DNA of 64,000 bases from an uncultured Chroococcidiopsis sp. (GCA_964248365.1 CAXTYC010000008.1:86492-150491), one strand, 5' to 3'; shown: positions 21,719 through 31,933, numbered from the stretch's first letter. Notes: generated by a model not told the origin, from the sequence alone. Numbers and translations are program-made.

Positions 21719-22063
21719 CTGAGCTATCAGCTAGATAAGGTGCGTTCGCTTGGAACTGTTGTACTTTAAAAAAAATAGATTCTTTGCCTAACGCACCCAA
21801 CCTACTGATAAAAATTTATAATTAAAACTTACTTAAATTAAATACATAATAAACAACAGCAAAGTATTTCAAAGCTATATTAAAAAATAGTGTTTATTGA
21901 TTATTTTTAATGTCAAGACATTATTGAAATCTTGGTAGCTAATTAACGGGTGTGCCTCGTTCTAGTTCCTACGCTCTCGTCTGGAAACTAGATCTATGAG
22001 GTTCTATCTCCCCAAACGCAAAATGTCACATTAAAAATAAATTAATTGAGCGAGGAATTTAAC

Positions 22064-23122
22064 ATGATTATTGTCATGAAAATTGGTTCGCCAGAAGCGG
22101 AAATCACCCGCATCAGCGAGGAAATGCTTACTCGTGGGCTAACTCCAGAAAAAATTGTTGGGAAGCACAAAGTAGTATTGGGTCTAGTGGGGGAAACAGC
22201 GGCATTAGATCCATTACAAATTCAGGAAATAAGCCCTTGGATTGAACAAGTGCTGCGTGTGGAGCAGCCGTTTAAGCGAGCTAGTTTGGAGTTCCGTCAC
22301 GGACAAGCCAGTGAGGTGGTGGTAGGAACTCCTAACGGGCAAGTTCATATCGGTCAAAACTATCCTGTTGTAGTGGTAGCAGGTCCTTGCTCAGTAGAAA
22401 ACGAACAAATGATAGTCAAGACAGCGCAGCTTGTCAAGGCAGCAGGGGCGCAATTATTGCGGGGTGGAGCATACAAACCTCGTACTTCGCCCTATGCCTT
22501 CCAAGGACATGGTGAAAGCGCCCTGGGTTTACTAGCAGCAGCACGGGAAGCAACTGGACTGGGTATTGTCACAGAAGTGATGGATACAGCAGATTTGGAC
22601 AAGATAGCCGAAGTAGCAGATCTAGTCCAGGTTGGCGCTCGGAATATGCAGAATTTTTCCCTGTTGAAAAAAGTTGGAGCGCAACCAAAGCCAGTGTTAT
22701 TGAAGCGGGGAATGTCGGCAACGATTGAAGAATGGCTGATGGCAGCAGAATATATTATGGCAGCTGGCAATCCCAATGTGATTTTGTGTGAACGGGGAAT
22801 TCGCACGTTTGACCGCCAGTATGCACGTAATACCCTGGACTTGTCAGTATTACCAGTGTTGCGAAGTCTTACTCACCTACCAATAATGATCGATCCTAGT
22901 CATGGTACAGGTAAAGCAGAGTATGTACCATCGATGGCAATGGCAGCGATCGCAGGTGGTACAGATTCTCTAATGATTGAAGTTCACCCCAACCCTGCCA
23001 AAGCTTTATCAGATGGTGCGCAGTCACTGACACCGGAGCGTTTCGACCGCTTGATGCAAGAACTAGCAGTAATTGGTAAGGCAGTTGGACGCTGGACACA
23101 GCCAACTGCGGTTCGTTGTTAG
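22064..23122 (+). CDS. aroF: 3-deoxy-7-phosphoheptulonate (DAHP) synthase
   Basis: AGPCSVE, RGGAYKPRTSPY, GARNMQN, DPSHGTG. Confidence 0.95.
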   Translation: MIIVMKIGSPEAEITRISEEMLTRGLTPEKIVGKHKVVLGLVGETAALDPLQIQEISPWIEQVLRVEQPFKRASLEFRHGQASEVVVGTPNGQVHIGQNYPVVVVAGPCSVENEQMIVKTAQLVKAAGAQLLRGGAYKPRTSPYAFQGHGESALGLLAAAREATGLGIVTEVMDTADLDKIAEVADLVQVGARNMQNFSLLKKVGAQPKPVLLKRGMSATIEEWLMAAEYIMAAGNPNVILCERGIRTFDRQYARNTLDLSVLPVLRSLTHLPIMIDPSHGTGKAEYVPSMAMAAIAGGTDSLMIEVHPNPAKALSDGAQSLTPERFDRLMQELAVIGKAVGRWTQPTAVRC

Positions 23123-23173
23123 CTATTATTAGCTGTTAGGTGGGCATTGCCCACCCTACTTAATTAATCGCTC

Positions 23174-24073
23174 CTAACGTCTTCGACTACCGAAACCACC
23201 AGACGAGCGACTTCTGCTACCTCCAAACGATCGCCCACTACCAAAACTACCAGATGATGGTTGTCTGAAGGTGGAATTTGACCTACCAGAAGGACGTAAG
23301 GTACTGCCACCAAAGCCCGAACCAGTAGCACGGCTACCTGTGTTAATACGGGGGGTATTTATTCCCGCAGAAGGCGTTCTGATTCGTCCAGTTGTACGGA
23401 AAGTCTGCCGATTTCTGACAGCCGCAGGTGGAGCATTATAACGTGTGCGGTAGCGATCGACTGCTTGACCGTAAGTGCTGCCATAGCCGCCATAACCAGT
23501 TATTACCGAAGCTCCTGGCTGATAAACAGGTGGTACATAGTACTGGGGTCTAAACAAGAGGCTTCCTATAGCTTGACCTGCTATGCCGCCTGCTACAGCT
23601 CCAGCAAACGGAGCCCAGAAACCATTTTCTCGCCGCACTACGACAGTTTCTTGCTGTCCGGTTTGGGGGTTGGTTTGTGTCTGGGTAACGTTATGAACGT
23701 ACTCAATTTTGAAATCTTCCGTTAGATATAAAGCTGGTTGTCCGTTTTCAACCTTTAGATAGGTTTTTTGACCATTCTTAATTTCTTCATCGGTCAGCCG
23801 AGCCATCTGTAAATTTTCGGTGCGAAAAACGGGAGGTGTACCAGATGGTGTATTCAGTAAAACTAGGCTGTACTCTCCAGTACCATCGTCATATTCGACT
23901 TGTTGCACTGGATATTTACCATCGCTGATCCTAGTAGGAGCAGCAGGTGTATTTGCATTCCTTGCTGCACTTGTATTCCTAGCCTGGGGAGTAGTTTGAT
24001 TGGGTCCTCCACAGGCTACAGTTGTCCAGCACAAAGTTAAGGTTAAAAACAGAATTGTGAGTTTACGCAACAT
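23174..24073 (-). CDS. Putative lipoprotein with Gly/Ser/Arg-rich tail
   Basis: Lipobox-like TVAC after a hydrophobic stretch; GSGFGG/SSGSFG tail. Confidence 0.75.
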   Translation of the reverse strand: MLRKLTILFLTLTLCWTTVACGGPNQTTPQARNTSAARNANTPAAPTRISDGKYPVQQVEYDDGTGEYSLVLLNTPSGTPPVFRTENLQMARLTDEEIKNGQKTYLKVENGQPALYLTEDFKIEYVHNVTQTQTNPQTGQQETVVVRRENGFWAPFAGAVAGGIAGQAIGSLLFRPQYYVPPVYQPGASVITGYGGYGSTYGQAVDRYRTRYNAPPAAVRNRQTFRTTGRIRTPSAGINTPRINTGSRATGSGFGGSTLRPSGRSNSTFRQPSSGSFGSGRSFGGSRSRSSGGFGSRRR

Positions 24074-24260
24074 GAAGGTATAGATCGTTAATTCAGCTTT
24101 CACTCTACCTTTAGTGTAAGCAGATACAAGCAATGATTGCTGACTACATCAACCAGGGGCTAGGGGCTAGTGTTGAGGACAACAAGGGCAAGGGGACAAG
24201 GGGGAATTAAATATTCTGTCTTCTGTCTTCTGTCTCCTGACTTCTGACCTGAAGCGTGGG

Positions 24261-24857
24261 TTACAAAGGCACTAATTCGGGAAAATTTTGCAACAGTTGG
24301 TCGTTGGTGAGTTCGTCACCCAGTTGAGCGGGAGAGAAATGCACTTGGATTGCCCGTAGCCGTTCTTGGTAGTGTAGGTTAATCAAAGCTTTCAAACCAG
24401 CTTTCAAGGCACTGATATCCGCTAGATTTGTTTCTAATTGTGGGGCTTCTCCCTCAAAAGCCACCGTAATCATGACAACTAAGTTACGTGTCACTGGCAA
24501 GGAAAGAGGATCATCCGCCCTACCTATGGGAGCATTTAAATCAGGTTCACTTAAGTAGCGTTGGGCTGAGTCGGTAAATAATTCATTGACATAATCTCCT
24601 GCTGCACCTTCATCCCAAAATACATCCCCTTCATTAGCAGCAGAAAGCCAGTATTCATCATATTGTAGCAGACTTTGGCAGATTTCGACTAGTCCTTCTC
24701 CCAAAATTTCTAAATCCCCATCAGCATCAATAGCTTGTCGAGCTGTACGATTGAGAACTCCCAATAGTGGTGCTACCTCTTGTCCTGCAAGATGGAGAAA
24801 CAGACGACAGACTACAAAGCGAGTGCGTCCTGTCATGCGATTGAGCCATGAACTCAT
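24261..24857 (-). CDS. DUF1517-domain protein
   Basis: LVVMITVA, HFSPAQLGDELTNDQLLQNFPELVPL C-terminus. Confidence 0.75.
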   Translation of the reverse strand: MSSWLNRMTGRTRFVVCRLFLHLAGQEVAPLLGVLNRTARQAIDADGDLEILGEGLVEICQSLLQYDEYWLSAANEGDVFWDEGAAGDYVNELFTDSAQRYLSEPDLNAPIGRADDPLSLPVTRNLVVMITVAFEGEAPQLETNLADISALKAGLKALINLHYQERLRAIQVHFSPAQLGDELTNDQLLQNFPELVPL

Positions 24858-25001
24858 GGTTATTCCTCTCTAGAGCTACATTGCCTTCATACCAAATTTA
24901 TCGCCCAAACTCTAAATATTTAAGTTTATGTTTAGGTAGAAATTATTAAAACAGTGACCAGGGGTAACTGGTAGTTGGTAGTTGGTAGTTGGTAAAAGCA
25001 A

Positions 25002-25844
25002 ATGAATATTGGTATTGTTGGACTAGGACTGATTGGCGGCTCGTTGGGTTTAGACTTAAGAGCGCAAGGATACAAGGTTTTTGGAGTTAGTCGGCGCGAA
25101 TCAACTTGTGATAGGGCGAAAGATCTTGGTGCTGTAGATGATGCTAGTGTTGATCTGGCAAGTCTCAAAGCTACCTCAGTAGTATTTATTTGCACCCAGT
25201 TAGCTGCAATTCGCTCGACAGTAGAGCAATTAATTCCCCATCTTGCTCCTGCTACAGTTTTAACTGATGTGGGTTCAGTCAAAGCAGCAGTAGTAGAAGA
25301 GATAACTTCTTTGTGGGCTAATTTTGTGGGCGGACATCCAATGGCTGGTAAAGCAGATAGTGGGATTGAAGTTGCTCAATTAAAATTATTTGCCAACAAA
25401 CCTTATGTGTTAACACCAATAGCAACTACCCCACCATCCGCCCTCGAAACTGTAGAAAAAATTGCGCGAACTCTAGGAGCTAATATCTACTATTGTCAAC
25501 CAGAAGAACATGACCGAGCAGTCAGTTGGATTTCTCATTTACCAGTTATGATTAGTTCTAGCTTGATTGCTGCTTGTATGAGTGATAACTCGGATGTTGT
25601 GAAATTAGCACAGCAATTGGCAAGTTCTGGATTTCGAGATACAAGCCGTGTAGGTGGCGGTAATCCTGAATTGGGCGTAATGATGGCACAATATAATCGA
25701 CAGGAATTGCTGCGAAGTCTTCTACAATATCAGCAGCAATTGGAAGTTTTAACTAATTTAATTGAACAAGAAGATTGGCTTGCTCTAGAGCAACATTTAA
25801 AATTTACCCAGTCAGCAAGACCTGAATTTATTCATGAGTTGTAG
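25002..25844 (+). CDS. tyrA: Prephenate/arogenate dehydrogenase
   Basis: GLGLIGGS, TDVGSVK, GGHPMAG, ISHLP, SGFRDTSRV. Confidence 0.95.
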   Translation: MNIGIVGLGLIGGSLGLDLRAQGYKVFGVSRRESTCDRAKDLGAVDDASVDLASLKATSVVFICTQLAAIRSTVEQLIPHLAPATVLTDVGSVKAAVVEEITSLWANFVGGHPMAGKADSGIEVAQLKLFANKPYVLTPIATTPPSALETVEKIARTLGANIYYCQPEEHDRAVSWISHLPVMISSSLIAACMSDNSDVVKLAQQLASSGFRDTSRVGGGNPELGVMMAQYNRQELLRSLLQYQQQLEVLTNLIEQEDWLALEQHLKFTQSARPEFIHEL

Positions 25845-25869
25845 GGTGGGTATGGGTGGCATACTTAAT

Positions 25870-25945
25870 AAAAACCCTCCCAATATATAAAGGGAGGGCA
25901 GAGAAATTGAAATCAGGTGTGAGGCACAAACTAATTGTCTGTTAA
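25870..25945 (-). ncRNA. Candidate small RNA, copy A (CCUCACACC loop plus terminator)
   Basis: Homologous to 63768..63847; -10 TAAGCT at 25951-25956; terminator CCCTCCC..GGGAGGG-TTTTT. Confidence 0.6.
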
Positions 25946-25950
25946 TAAAT

Positions 25951-26003
25951 AGCTTAATGGGTGAATGTGACAGCAAAATGACAATCAAATGTCGATTGTG
26001 TCA
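25951..26003 (-). promoter_or_regulatory. OmpR/PhoB-type 11-bp direct-repeat box plus -10 element, copy A
   Basis: Minus strand TCGACAT-N4-TTGTCAT-N4-CTGTCAC-N10-TAAGCT. Confidence 0.6.
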
Positions 26004-26007
26004 TAAT

Positions 26008-26340
26008 TTAAATTGGTAAACGATTAATATCTTTGTTGCAGCCCATTACCAGCATAGCTGAACCTTTTTCTTGGCGCTTTCTGGGGTCAGGATTAATTTC
26101 AAACTTGCGATCGTGACTCACCGCCTGCAAGTTCAAACCATAGCGATTACGCAGTTGCACACTGATAGTTTTGCCGTGAAATTCGTCTGGGACAATGATT
26201 TCGACAATTCTATGATCTGGGTCGAGGTCAAATCGATCTAGGATAGATGGCTTGGTGAGCGATCGCGCTAGCGCACAACCCGCCTCATACTCTGGAAAAA
26301 CAACGCGCTCGGTTCCCACTCTTGTCAACAGCTTGCAGTG
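26008..26340 (-). pseudogene. 3' fragment of a TrkA/KtrA K+ uptake regulatory subunit
   Basis: HCKLLTRVGTERVVFPEYEAG...LRNRYGLNL (RCK C-terminal part); the NAD-binding N-terminus is absent. Confidence 0.85.
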
Positions 26341-26341
26341 G

Positions 26342-26661
26342 AATGGTTAATAGTAATAATGTGGTAATTGTAGCTACTTTAAAATCGAGAGAAAATCCCA
26401 TCCATTGTGGTTTTTTTGTAGGCGATCGCGTCCCCAAAGGTACATTTCCAAAATTACCTGCTCCCCAATTACCCCAAATATAATTAAAAGAGTTACTACA
26501 AGATTTAATAATATTGATGTTGACTAGCCAATCAAGCCATCTTTAAACAGACTAAAACCAGCATTATTCCATGAATTAATACTGGGATTTGTTAACCAAA
26601 GTCCTTGTTGTAAGCCATACTTGGGTGCGAAAACTAGTATAAGTAAGAAAATACCTGTAAT
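26342..26661 (-). pseudogene. Internal fragment of a TrkH/KtrB K+ transporter
   Basis: Manual translation: ITGIFLLILVF..GLW..SWNNAGFSLFKDGLIG*STS..LIIFGVIG, then a frameshift to FSLDFKVAT. Confidence 0.8.
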
Positions 26662-26753
26662 TTAAAAAAAATTTTCTCTCCCTTTGCTCCCCCATATCCC
26701 CTTTGCTCCCAATGTTTGCTACGCTAATTGCGGTTTGGCTGGACAGCTGTAAC

Positions 26754-27605
26754 ATGACTACGTCACTTTACGAACGAATTGGGCAATTTTATGACTCATC
26801 CTCTGGTTTGTGGGAGCAGATCTGGGGAGAACATATGCATCATGGCTACTATGGCATAGATGGCAAAGAGAAAAAAGAGCGACGAATTGCGCAAATTGAT
26901 TTAATTGAAGAACTGCTCTCGTGGGCAGAGGTACAGCAAGCACAGAATATTCTTGATGTAGGCTGTGGGATTGGTGGTAGTTCTCTTTACTTAGCCCAAA
27001 AGTTCAACGCTAAGGCGACTGGGATAACGCTCAGTCCATTTCAAGCGGCTAGGGCATCCCAACGCGCCCAAGCCGCCCAATTGAGTGCTAGAACTCAGTT
27101 TTTGGTAGCAAATGCTCAAGCTATGCCTTTTGCTGACAATAGTTTTGATTTGGTTTGGGCGCTGGAAAGTGGCGAACATATGCCGGATAAAGTTCAGTTT
27201 ATGCAGGAGTGCTACCGAGTGCTCTGTCCTGGGGGAAAGTTGATTATGGTAACTTGGTGTCATCGACCTACGGATGTAGAATCTGGTGGGATGCTGACGG
27301 CTGATGAACAAAAGCATTTGGCTGATATTTACCGAGTTTACTGTTTGCCTTATGTGATTTCTTTACCAGAATATGAGGCGATCGCAAACCTTTTATCTTT
27401 ACAAAATATTCGCACGGCTGATTGGTCAACTGCTGTTGCGCCTTTTTGGAATGTGGTGATTGATTCGGCGTTCAATTTAGAGGCGATTTTGGGTTTGATT
27501 CGTTCGGGTTGGGGAACAATTCAGGCGGCTTTGTCTCTAGGGTTGATGCGTCGGGGTTATGAACGTGGTTTAATTCGGTTTGGTTTGTTATGTGGCAATA
27601 AGTAA
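26754..27605 (+). CDS. Gamma-tocopherol (tocopherol C-) methyltransferase
   Basis: WGEHMHHGYY, LDVGCGIGGS, ESGEHMPDK; adjacent to homogentisate phytyltransferase. Confidence 0.88.
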   Translation: MTTSLYERIGQFYDSSSGLWEQIWGEHMHHGYYGIDGKEKKERRIAQIDLIEELLSWAEVQQAQNILDVGCGIGGSSLYLAQKFNAKATGITLSPFQAARASQRAQAAQLSARTQFLVANAQAMPFADNSFDLVWALESGEHMPDKVQFMQECYRVLCPGGKLIMVTWCHRPTDVESGGMLTADEQKHLADIYRVYCLPYVISLPEYEAIANLLSLQNIRTADWSTAVAPFWNVVIDSAFNLEAILGLIRSGWGTIQAALSLGLMRRGYERGLIRFGLLCGNK

Positions 27606-28567
27606 TGAAACGAACCGCAGAGGCGCAGAGGGCGCAGAGAAAAGAGGAGTTGTTATCTGGTAGTGGGGGTTTAGGAGGGTGGTTGTATGCTTTTTGGAAG
27701 TTTTCTCGCCCTCACACGATTATTGGTACTAGTTTGAGTGTGTTGGGTTTGTTTTTGATTACTTTTTCCCTCACCCCTCGCCCCTTACCCCTCGCCCCTC
27801 TTCTAGGGGCTTGGATTGCTTGTTTGTGTGGCAATGTTTATATTGTGGGGTTGAATCAGCTGGAGGATGTGGCGATTGACAGGATTAATAAGCCACATTT
27901 GCCGTTGGCTAGTGGGGAGTTTTCACGGCAAACGGGTGAAATTGTTGTTGCAGTTACGGGGATTTTGGCGCTGTTGTTGGCGTGGTTAAGTGGACCGTTT
28001 TTGTTTGGAATGGTGGGAATTAGTTTATTGATTGGTACTGCTTATTCTTTGCCTCCAATTCGGTTGAAGCGGTTTCCTTTTTGGGCGGCGTTGTGTATTT
28101 TTTCGGTACGTGGGGCGATTGTTAATTTAGGCTTGTTTTTGCATTTTAGTTGGGTGTGGCGGGGAAGTTTGGTGATTCCGCTCTCGGTTTGGGCTTTGAC
28201 AGGGTTTATTTTGGTGTTTACGTTTGCGATCGCTATTTTTAAGGATATTCCCGATCTGGAGGGCGATCGCTTGTATCAGATTACTACTTTTACGATTGCT
28301 TTGGGTAAACCGCGAGTATTTAATCTCGCACGAATGGTTTTGACTGTGTGTTATTTGGGTATGGTTATTGCTGGTATCTTCTGGCTACCAGAGGTAAATT
28401 CAGTTTTTCTCGTCAGTACTCATCTGGTATTACTGGGTTTAATGTGGTGGTACAGTAGTCAGGTGGATTTAGAGGATAAGGTGGCGATCGCCTCTTTTTA
28501 TCAATTTATCTGGAAGCTGTTTTTTCTCGAATACTTAATTTTCCCCGCTGCTTGTCTATTAGCTTAA
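27605..28567 (+). CDS. hpt: Homogentisate phytyltransferase
   Basis: FSRPHTIIGT, NQLEDVAIDRINKPHLPLASGE, KDIPDLEGD, FYQFIWKLFFLEY. Confidence 0.93.
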   Translation: MKRTAEAQRAQRKEELLSGSGGLGGWLYAFWKFSRPHTIIGTSLSVLGLFLITFSLTPRPLPLAPLLGAWIACLCGNVYIVGLNQLEDVAIDRINKPHLPLASGEFSRQTGEIVVAVTGILALLLAWLSGPFLFGMVGISLLIGTAYSLPPIRLKRFPFWAALCIFSVRGAIVNLGLFLHFSWVWRGSLVIPLSVWALTGFILVFTFAIAIFKDIPDLEGDRLYQITTFTIALGKPRVFNLARMVLTVCYLGMVIAGIFWLPEVNSVFLVSTHLVLLGLMWWYSSQVDLEDKVAIASFYQFIWKLFFLEYLIFPAACLLA

Positions 28568-28595
28568 AACAAATCCATTCCCCGCTATCAAATTG

Positions 28596-29060
28596 ATGGA
28601 AACGCCTAATTTTTCTCTGCTGGCTATAGCTGTTGTCGGTATTGGGTTAACTATCCTGGGTTGGTTCGTGCGTGACTCATTTATCACCTCTAATATCTAC
28701 AAACAGGGAGTCAAATTATATCAGGAAAAGAATTACAAAGGTGCAGAGGTGGCTTTTCGTCAAGTAATTTCACGTCACCCTAGTAATGATGTGGTTCACT
28801 TGCTGTTGGGAGACTGTCTGATGCAGCAAGATAAGTTAGAGGATGCGACGGCTGTATTTCAAGAATTGAGCGATCGCGCACCCAAAAACGTTGATGCTCA
28901 TTTAAGATTAGGGATGGCTTTGGTGAAACAAGAAAAGCTACAAGAGGCGAAAGCTCCTTTAGAAAAAGCTAGAGATTTACTTCTGGCAGGGCGTAATACT
29001 CAAAAAGCTGAATCTGTTGAACAGCTCTTACAGCAAATTAGCAAGAGGCAAATACCCTAG
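28596..29060 (+). CDS. Membrane-anchored TPR protein
   Basis: N-terminal TM helix followed by TPR-like helices. Confidence 0.8.
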   Translation: METPNFSLLAIAVVGIGLTILGWFVRDSFITSNIYKQGVKLYQEKNYKGAEVAFRQVISRHPSNDVVHLLLGDCLMQQDKLEDATAVFQELSDRAPKNVDAHLRLGMALVKQEKLQEAKAPLEKARDLLLAGRNTQKAESVEQLLQQISKRQIP

Positions 29061-29089
29061 AATCGATTGTGTGACCCAAAGCAACAATT

Positions 29090-30724
29090 ATGAAGCAAAG
29101 TGGTAAAGTCTACCTGGTAGGTGCGGGACCTGGAAATGTTGCTTACCTGACGGTGAGAGCGCAACAACTACTAAGTGTTTCAGAAGTACTAATCTATGAT
29201 GCATTGGTTGATGCTCAGTTATTGGGTTTAGTACCGTCCAATTGCATCAAGGTGGATGTAGGTAAACGGGGAGGAAAACCCAGTACACCGCAAGCAGAAA
29301 TTAATCAACTCTTGGTAGAGCATTGTCAAGCAGGTTCGCAGGTGGTAAGGCTCAAGAGTGGCGATCCGTTCATTTTTGGTCGCTCTGCTGCCGAAATCGA
29401 GGCATTAATCGCCGCAAGTTGTGAATTTGAGGTCGTACCTGGGATTTCCTCAGCGTTAGCCGCTCCCGCACTCGCCGGAATTCCTTTGACAGATCCAGTC
29501 CTCAGCCGCTATTTTGCTGTTTTAACTGCTCATGAACCAGATCAGCTAGACTGGGAGGCTTTGACACCCATTCAGACATTGGTAATTTTAATGGGAGGAC
29601 AGCAGCTAGGGGAGATTGTACATCAGTTGCGGCGACATGGGCGATCGCATCACACACCCGTCGCCGTTATTCGTTGGGCTGGTACTCCTCAACAGCAAGT
29701 ATGGACAGCAACGCTTGAAAATATTGTCTCGCAAACTGTCGGAGTGTCGCTTTCTCCAGCAGTAATTGTGATTGGCGAAGTTGTCCGCTTGCGTAACTAT
29801 TTACAACCACAGAAGTCAGAATTCAGGAGTCAGAATTCAGGAGTCAGGAGTCAGGAGTCAGGAGAATTCCCCCCATCACAGGCGAGAGGTGAGAGGCGAG
29901 AGGCGAGAGGCTTTTCTCCCCCCCTCCCACTCTCCCCCTCTCCCACTCTCCCTCTTGCAGGTAAAACAATATTGGTGACGCGCTCTGTTGGACAGTCAAG
30001 TCAATTTGGCGATCGCTTGACAAAAGCTGGCGCTAATGTTCTAGAAATGCCAGCTATCGAAATTGGTTGTCCTTCGAGTTGGATAGGGCTGGATAATGCG
30101 ATCGCCCATTTATCAGATTTCGATTGGTTAATTCTCACTTCCACTAATGGCGTAGACTACTTTTTTGAGCGGCTGGAAACACTAGGTAAAGATGCAAGAG
30201 CTTTAGCCCATGTAAAAATTGCTGTCGTAGGTGAGAAAACAGCATCAGTTCTGAAACAACAAGGTATACAGCCAGATTTTATCCCGCCAAACTTTGTAGC
30301 AGATTCCCTGGTTGAACACTTCCCAGAACCATTAGAAGGTAAAAAGGTGCTGTTTCCCAGAGTGGAAACTGGAGGAAGAGAGGTTTTAGTGAAAGAATTT
30401 ACAGCTTCGGGTGCAGAAGTAATAGAGGTTGCGGCGTATGAATCTCGCTGTCCTCTTGCGATCGCCCCAGCTGCACTGGATGCGCTACAACGGCAAGCAG
30501 TAGATATAATTACCTTTGCCAGTTCCAAAACTGTCAAGAATTTCTGCCAGCTTATACAACCTCACGCTGATATTAATTTGGATCGGGTTTGTATCGCCTC
30601 AATTGGTCCCCAAACTTCAAAAGACTGTGTTTCTCTGTTGGGACGGGTGGATGTAGAAGCAAAAGAATACACTTTGGATGGTTTAACCGAAGCAATTATC
30701 CAGTGGGCGCAAAATAAAGGATGA
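29090..30724 (+). CDS. cobA/hemD: Uroporphyrinogen-III C-methyltransferase / uroporphyrinogen-III synthase fusion
   Basis: VYLVGAGPG, RLKSGDPFIFGR; GKTILVTR, LTSTNGV, ITFASSKTV, SIGPQT. Confidence 0.93.
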   Translation: MKQSGKVYLVGAGPGNVAYLTVRAQQLLSVSEVLIYDALVDAQLLGLVPSNCIKVDVGKRGGKPSTPQAEINQLLVEHCQAGSQVVRLKSGDPFIFGRSAAEIEALIAASCEFEVVPGISSALAAPALAGIPLTDPVLSRYFAVLTAHEPDQLDWEALTPIQTLVILMGGQQLGEIVHQLRRHGRSHHTPVAVIRWAGTPQQQVWTATLENIVSQTVGVSLSPAVIVIGEVVRLRNYLQPQKSEFRSQNSGVRSQESGEFPPSQARGERREARGFSPPLPLSPSPTLPLAGKTILVTRSVGQSSQFGDRLTKAGANVLEMPAIEIGCPSSWIGLDNAIAHLSDFDWLILTSTNGVDYFFERLETLGKDARALAHVKIAVVGEKTASVLKQQGIQPDFIPPNFVADSLVEHFPEPLEGKKVLFPRVETGGREVLVKEFTASGAEVIEVAAYESRCPLAIAPAALDALQRQAVDIITFASSKTVKNFCQLIQPHADINLDRVCIASIGPQTSKDCVSLLGRVDVEAKEYTLDGLTEAIIQWAQNKG

Positions 30725-30780
30725 AGGATGAATTTTGTAGAGACGTAATATATTACGTCTTTACACAAGGATGAAGAATA

Positions 30781-31386
30781 ATGAGGTTTTCCGAATTGGG
30801 TTGTCGCCGTATCATTGGCTTAACTGGTGGTATTGGTACTGGAAAAAGTACAGTTTCACATTATCTAGCTACTACTTACCAGTTACCAATTTTGGATGCA
30901 GACATATACGCAAGAGAAGCTGTAGTAAAGAGTTCACCGATTTTAAGCGCGATCGCTTCTCGCTACAATTCCAATATTCTCCTACCCGATGGTACACTCA
31001 ACCGAAAAAAGCTAGGTGAGATTATCTTTCATAATATAGATGAGCGACGCTGGCTAGAACAGCAAATTCATCCATATGTACGCGATCGCTTTATCCAAGA
31101 AATTGATAAATTACCCCTACAAACAGTAGTATTAGTCATACCTTTACTATTTGAAGCCCAAATGACAGATTTGGTGACAGAAACTTGGGTAGTGTACTGT
31201 TCAAAGCAACAGCAACTAGAAAGATTGATGCAGCGCGATCGCCTCAGTTTAGCACAAGCACAAGCTCGGATCAACAGTCAAATGCCGATAGAAGAAAAGT
31301 GCGATCGCGCAGATATTGTTTTAGATAACTCCTCCACCCTATACGCATTACTTAAACAAGTGGATACAGCATACCATCACTGTTGA
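30781..31386 (+). CDS. coaE: Dephospho-CoA kinase
   Basis: IGLTGGIGTGKSTV, LDADIYAR, IPLLFE, RINSQMP. Confidence 0.95.
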   Translation: MRFSELGCRRIIGLTGGIGTGKSTVSHYLATTYQLPILDADIYAREAVVKSSPILSAIASRYNSNILLPDGTLNRKKLGEIIFHNIDERRWLEQQIHPYVRDRFIQEIDKLPLQTVVLVIPLLFEAQMTDLVTETWVVYCSKQQQLERLMQRDRLSLAQAQARINSQMPIEEKCDRADIVLDNSSTLYALLKQVDTAYHHC

Positions 31387-31491
31387 TGAGAAGGGCGATC
31401 GCTCTTAATCTTGCTATGCTGTTTAGCTATGGTTTTGAAGAGTAGACATCTTGCATAAACCGAATTGTTCCCATAGATCTGTATTGTTAGG

Positions 31492-31932
31492 ATGTTTAAA
31501 TCTATAAGTAAAAAAATGGATGATAATAAAACACGTCACACATTGCTACTAATTCTATTAATTATCAATGTAATTTCCACTAGTCTTCACTACACGGATA
31601 ATTTTCTGAACAATGACAAATATCCAGAACCTGCTTGGCTCACTCCTAATAGTGTTTATATTAGCTGGATCATACTGACATTGTTTGGAGTGGCAGGTTA
31701 CTTGTTGTATGTAAAGGATGCTTTCTGGCTTACTTATTTCTGCCTTGCTATTTATTCAATTACTGGCATTTCAAGTACAGCGCATTACTTTTTTCCCGCT
31801 ACCGAACCATTTTCTTTGAAAATGAATGTGTTGATTTGGTTTGATGCGATCGCAGGTATTTCCCTACTCATTTTTATCTTATGGTCAGGATTAATATTAA
31901 GAGAGTGGGAAAGTGCGATCGCCGATCAATAA
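31492..31932 (+). CDS. Hypothetical four-TM membrane protein
   Basis: Four hydrophobic segments; LHYTDN and AHY motifs. Confidence 0.7.
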   Translation: MFKSISKKMDDNKTRHTLLLILLIINVISTSLHYTDNFLNNDKYPEPAWLTPNSVYISWIILTLFGVAGYLLYVKDAFWLTYFCLAIYSITGISSTAHYFFPATEPFSLKMNVLIWFDAIAGISLLIFILWSGLILREWESAIADQ

Positions 31933-31933
31933 T

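Noticed and set aside
25870..25945. Calling the sRNA candidates Yfr1
   Set aside because: They lack the full ACUCCUCACAC motif and the usual guaB-trxA context; only the seed core is shared.
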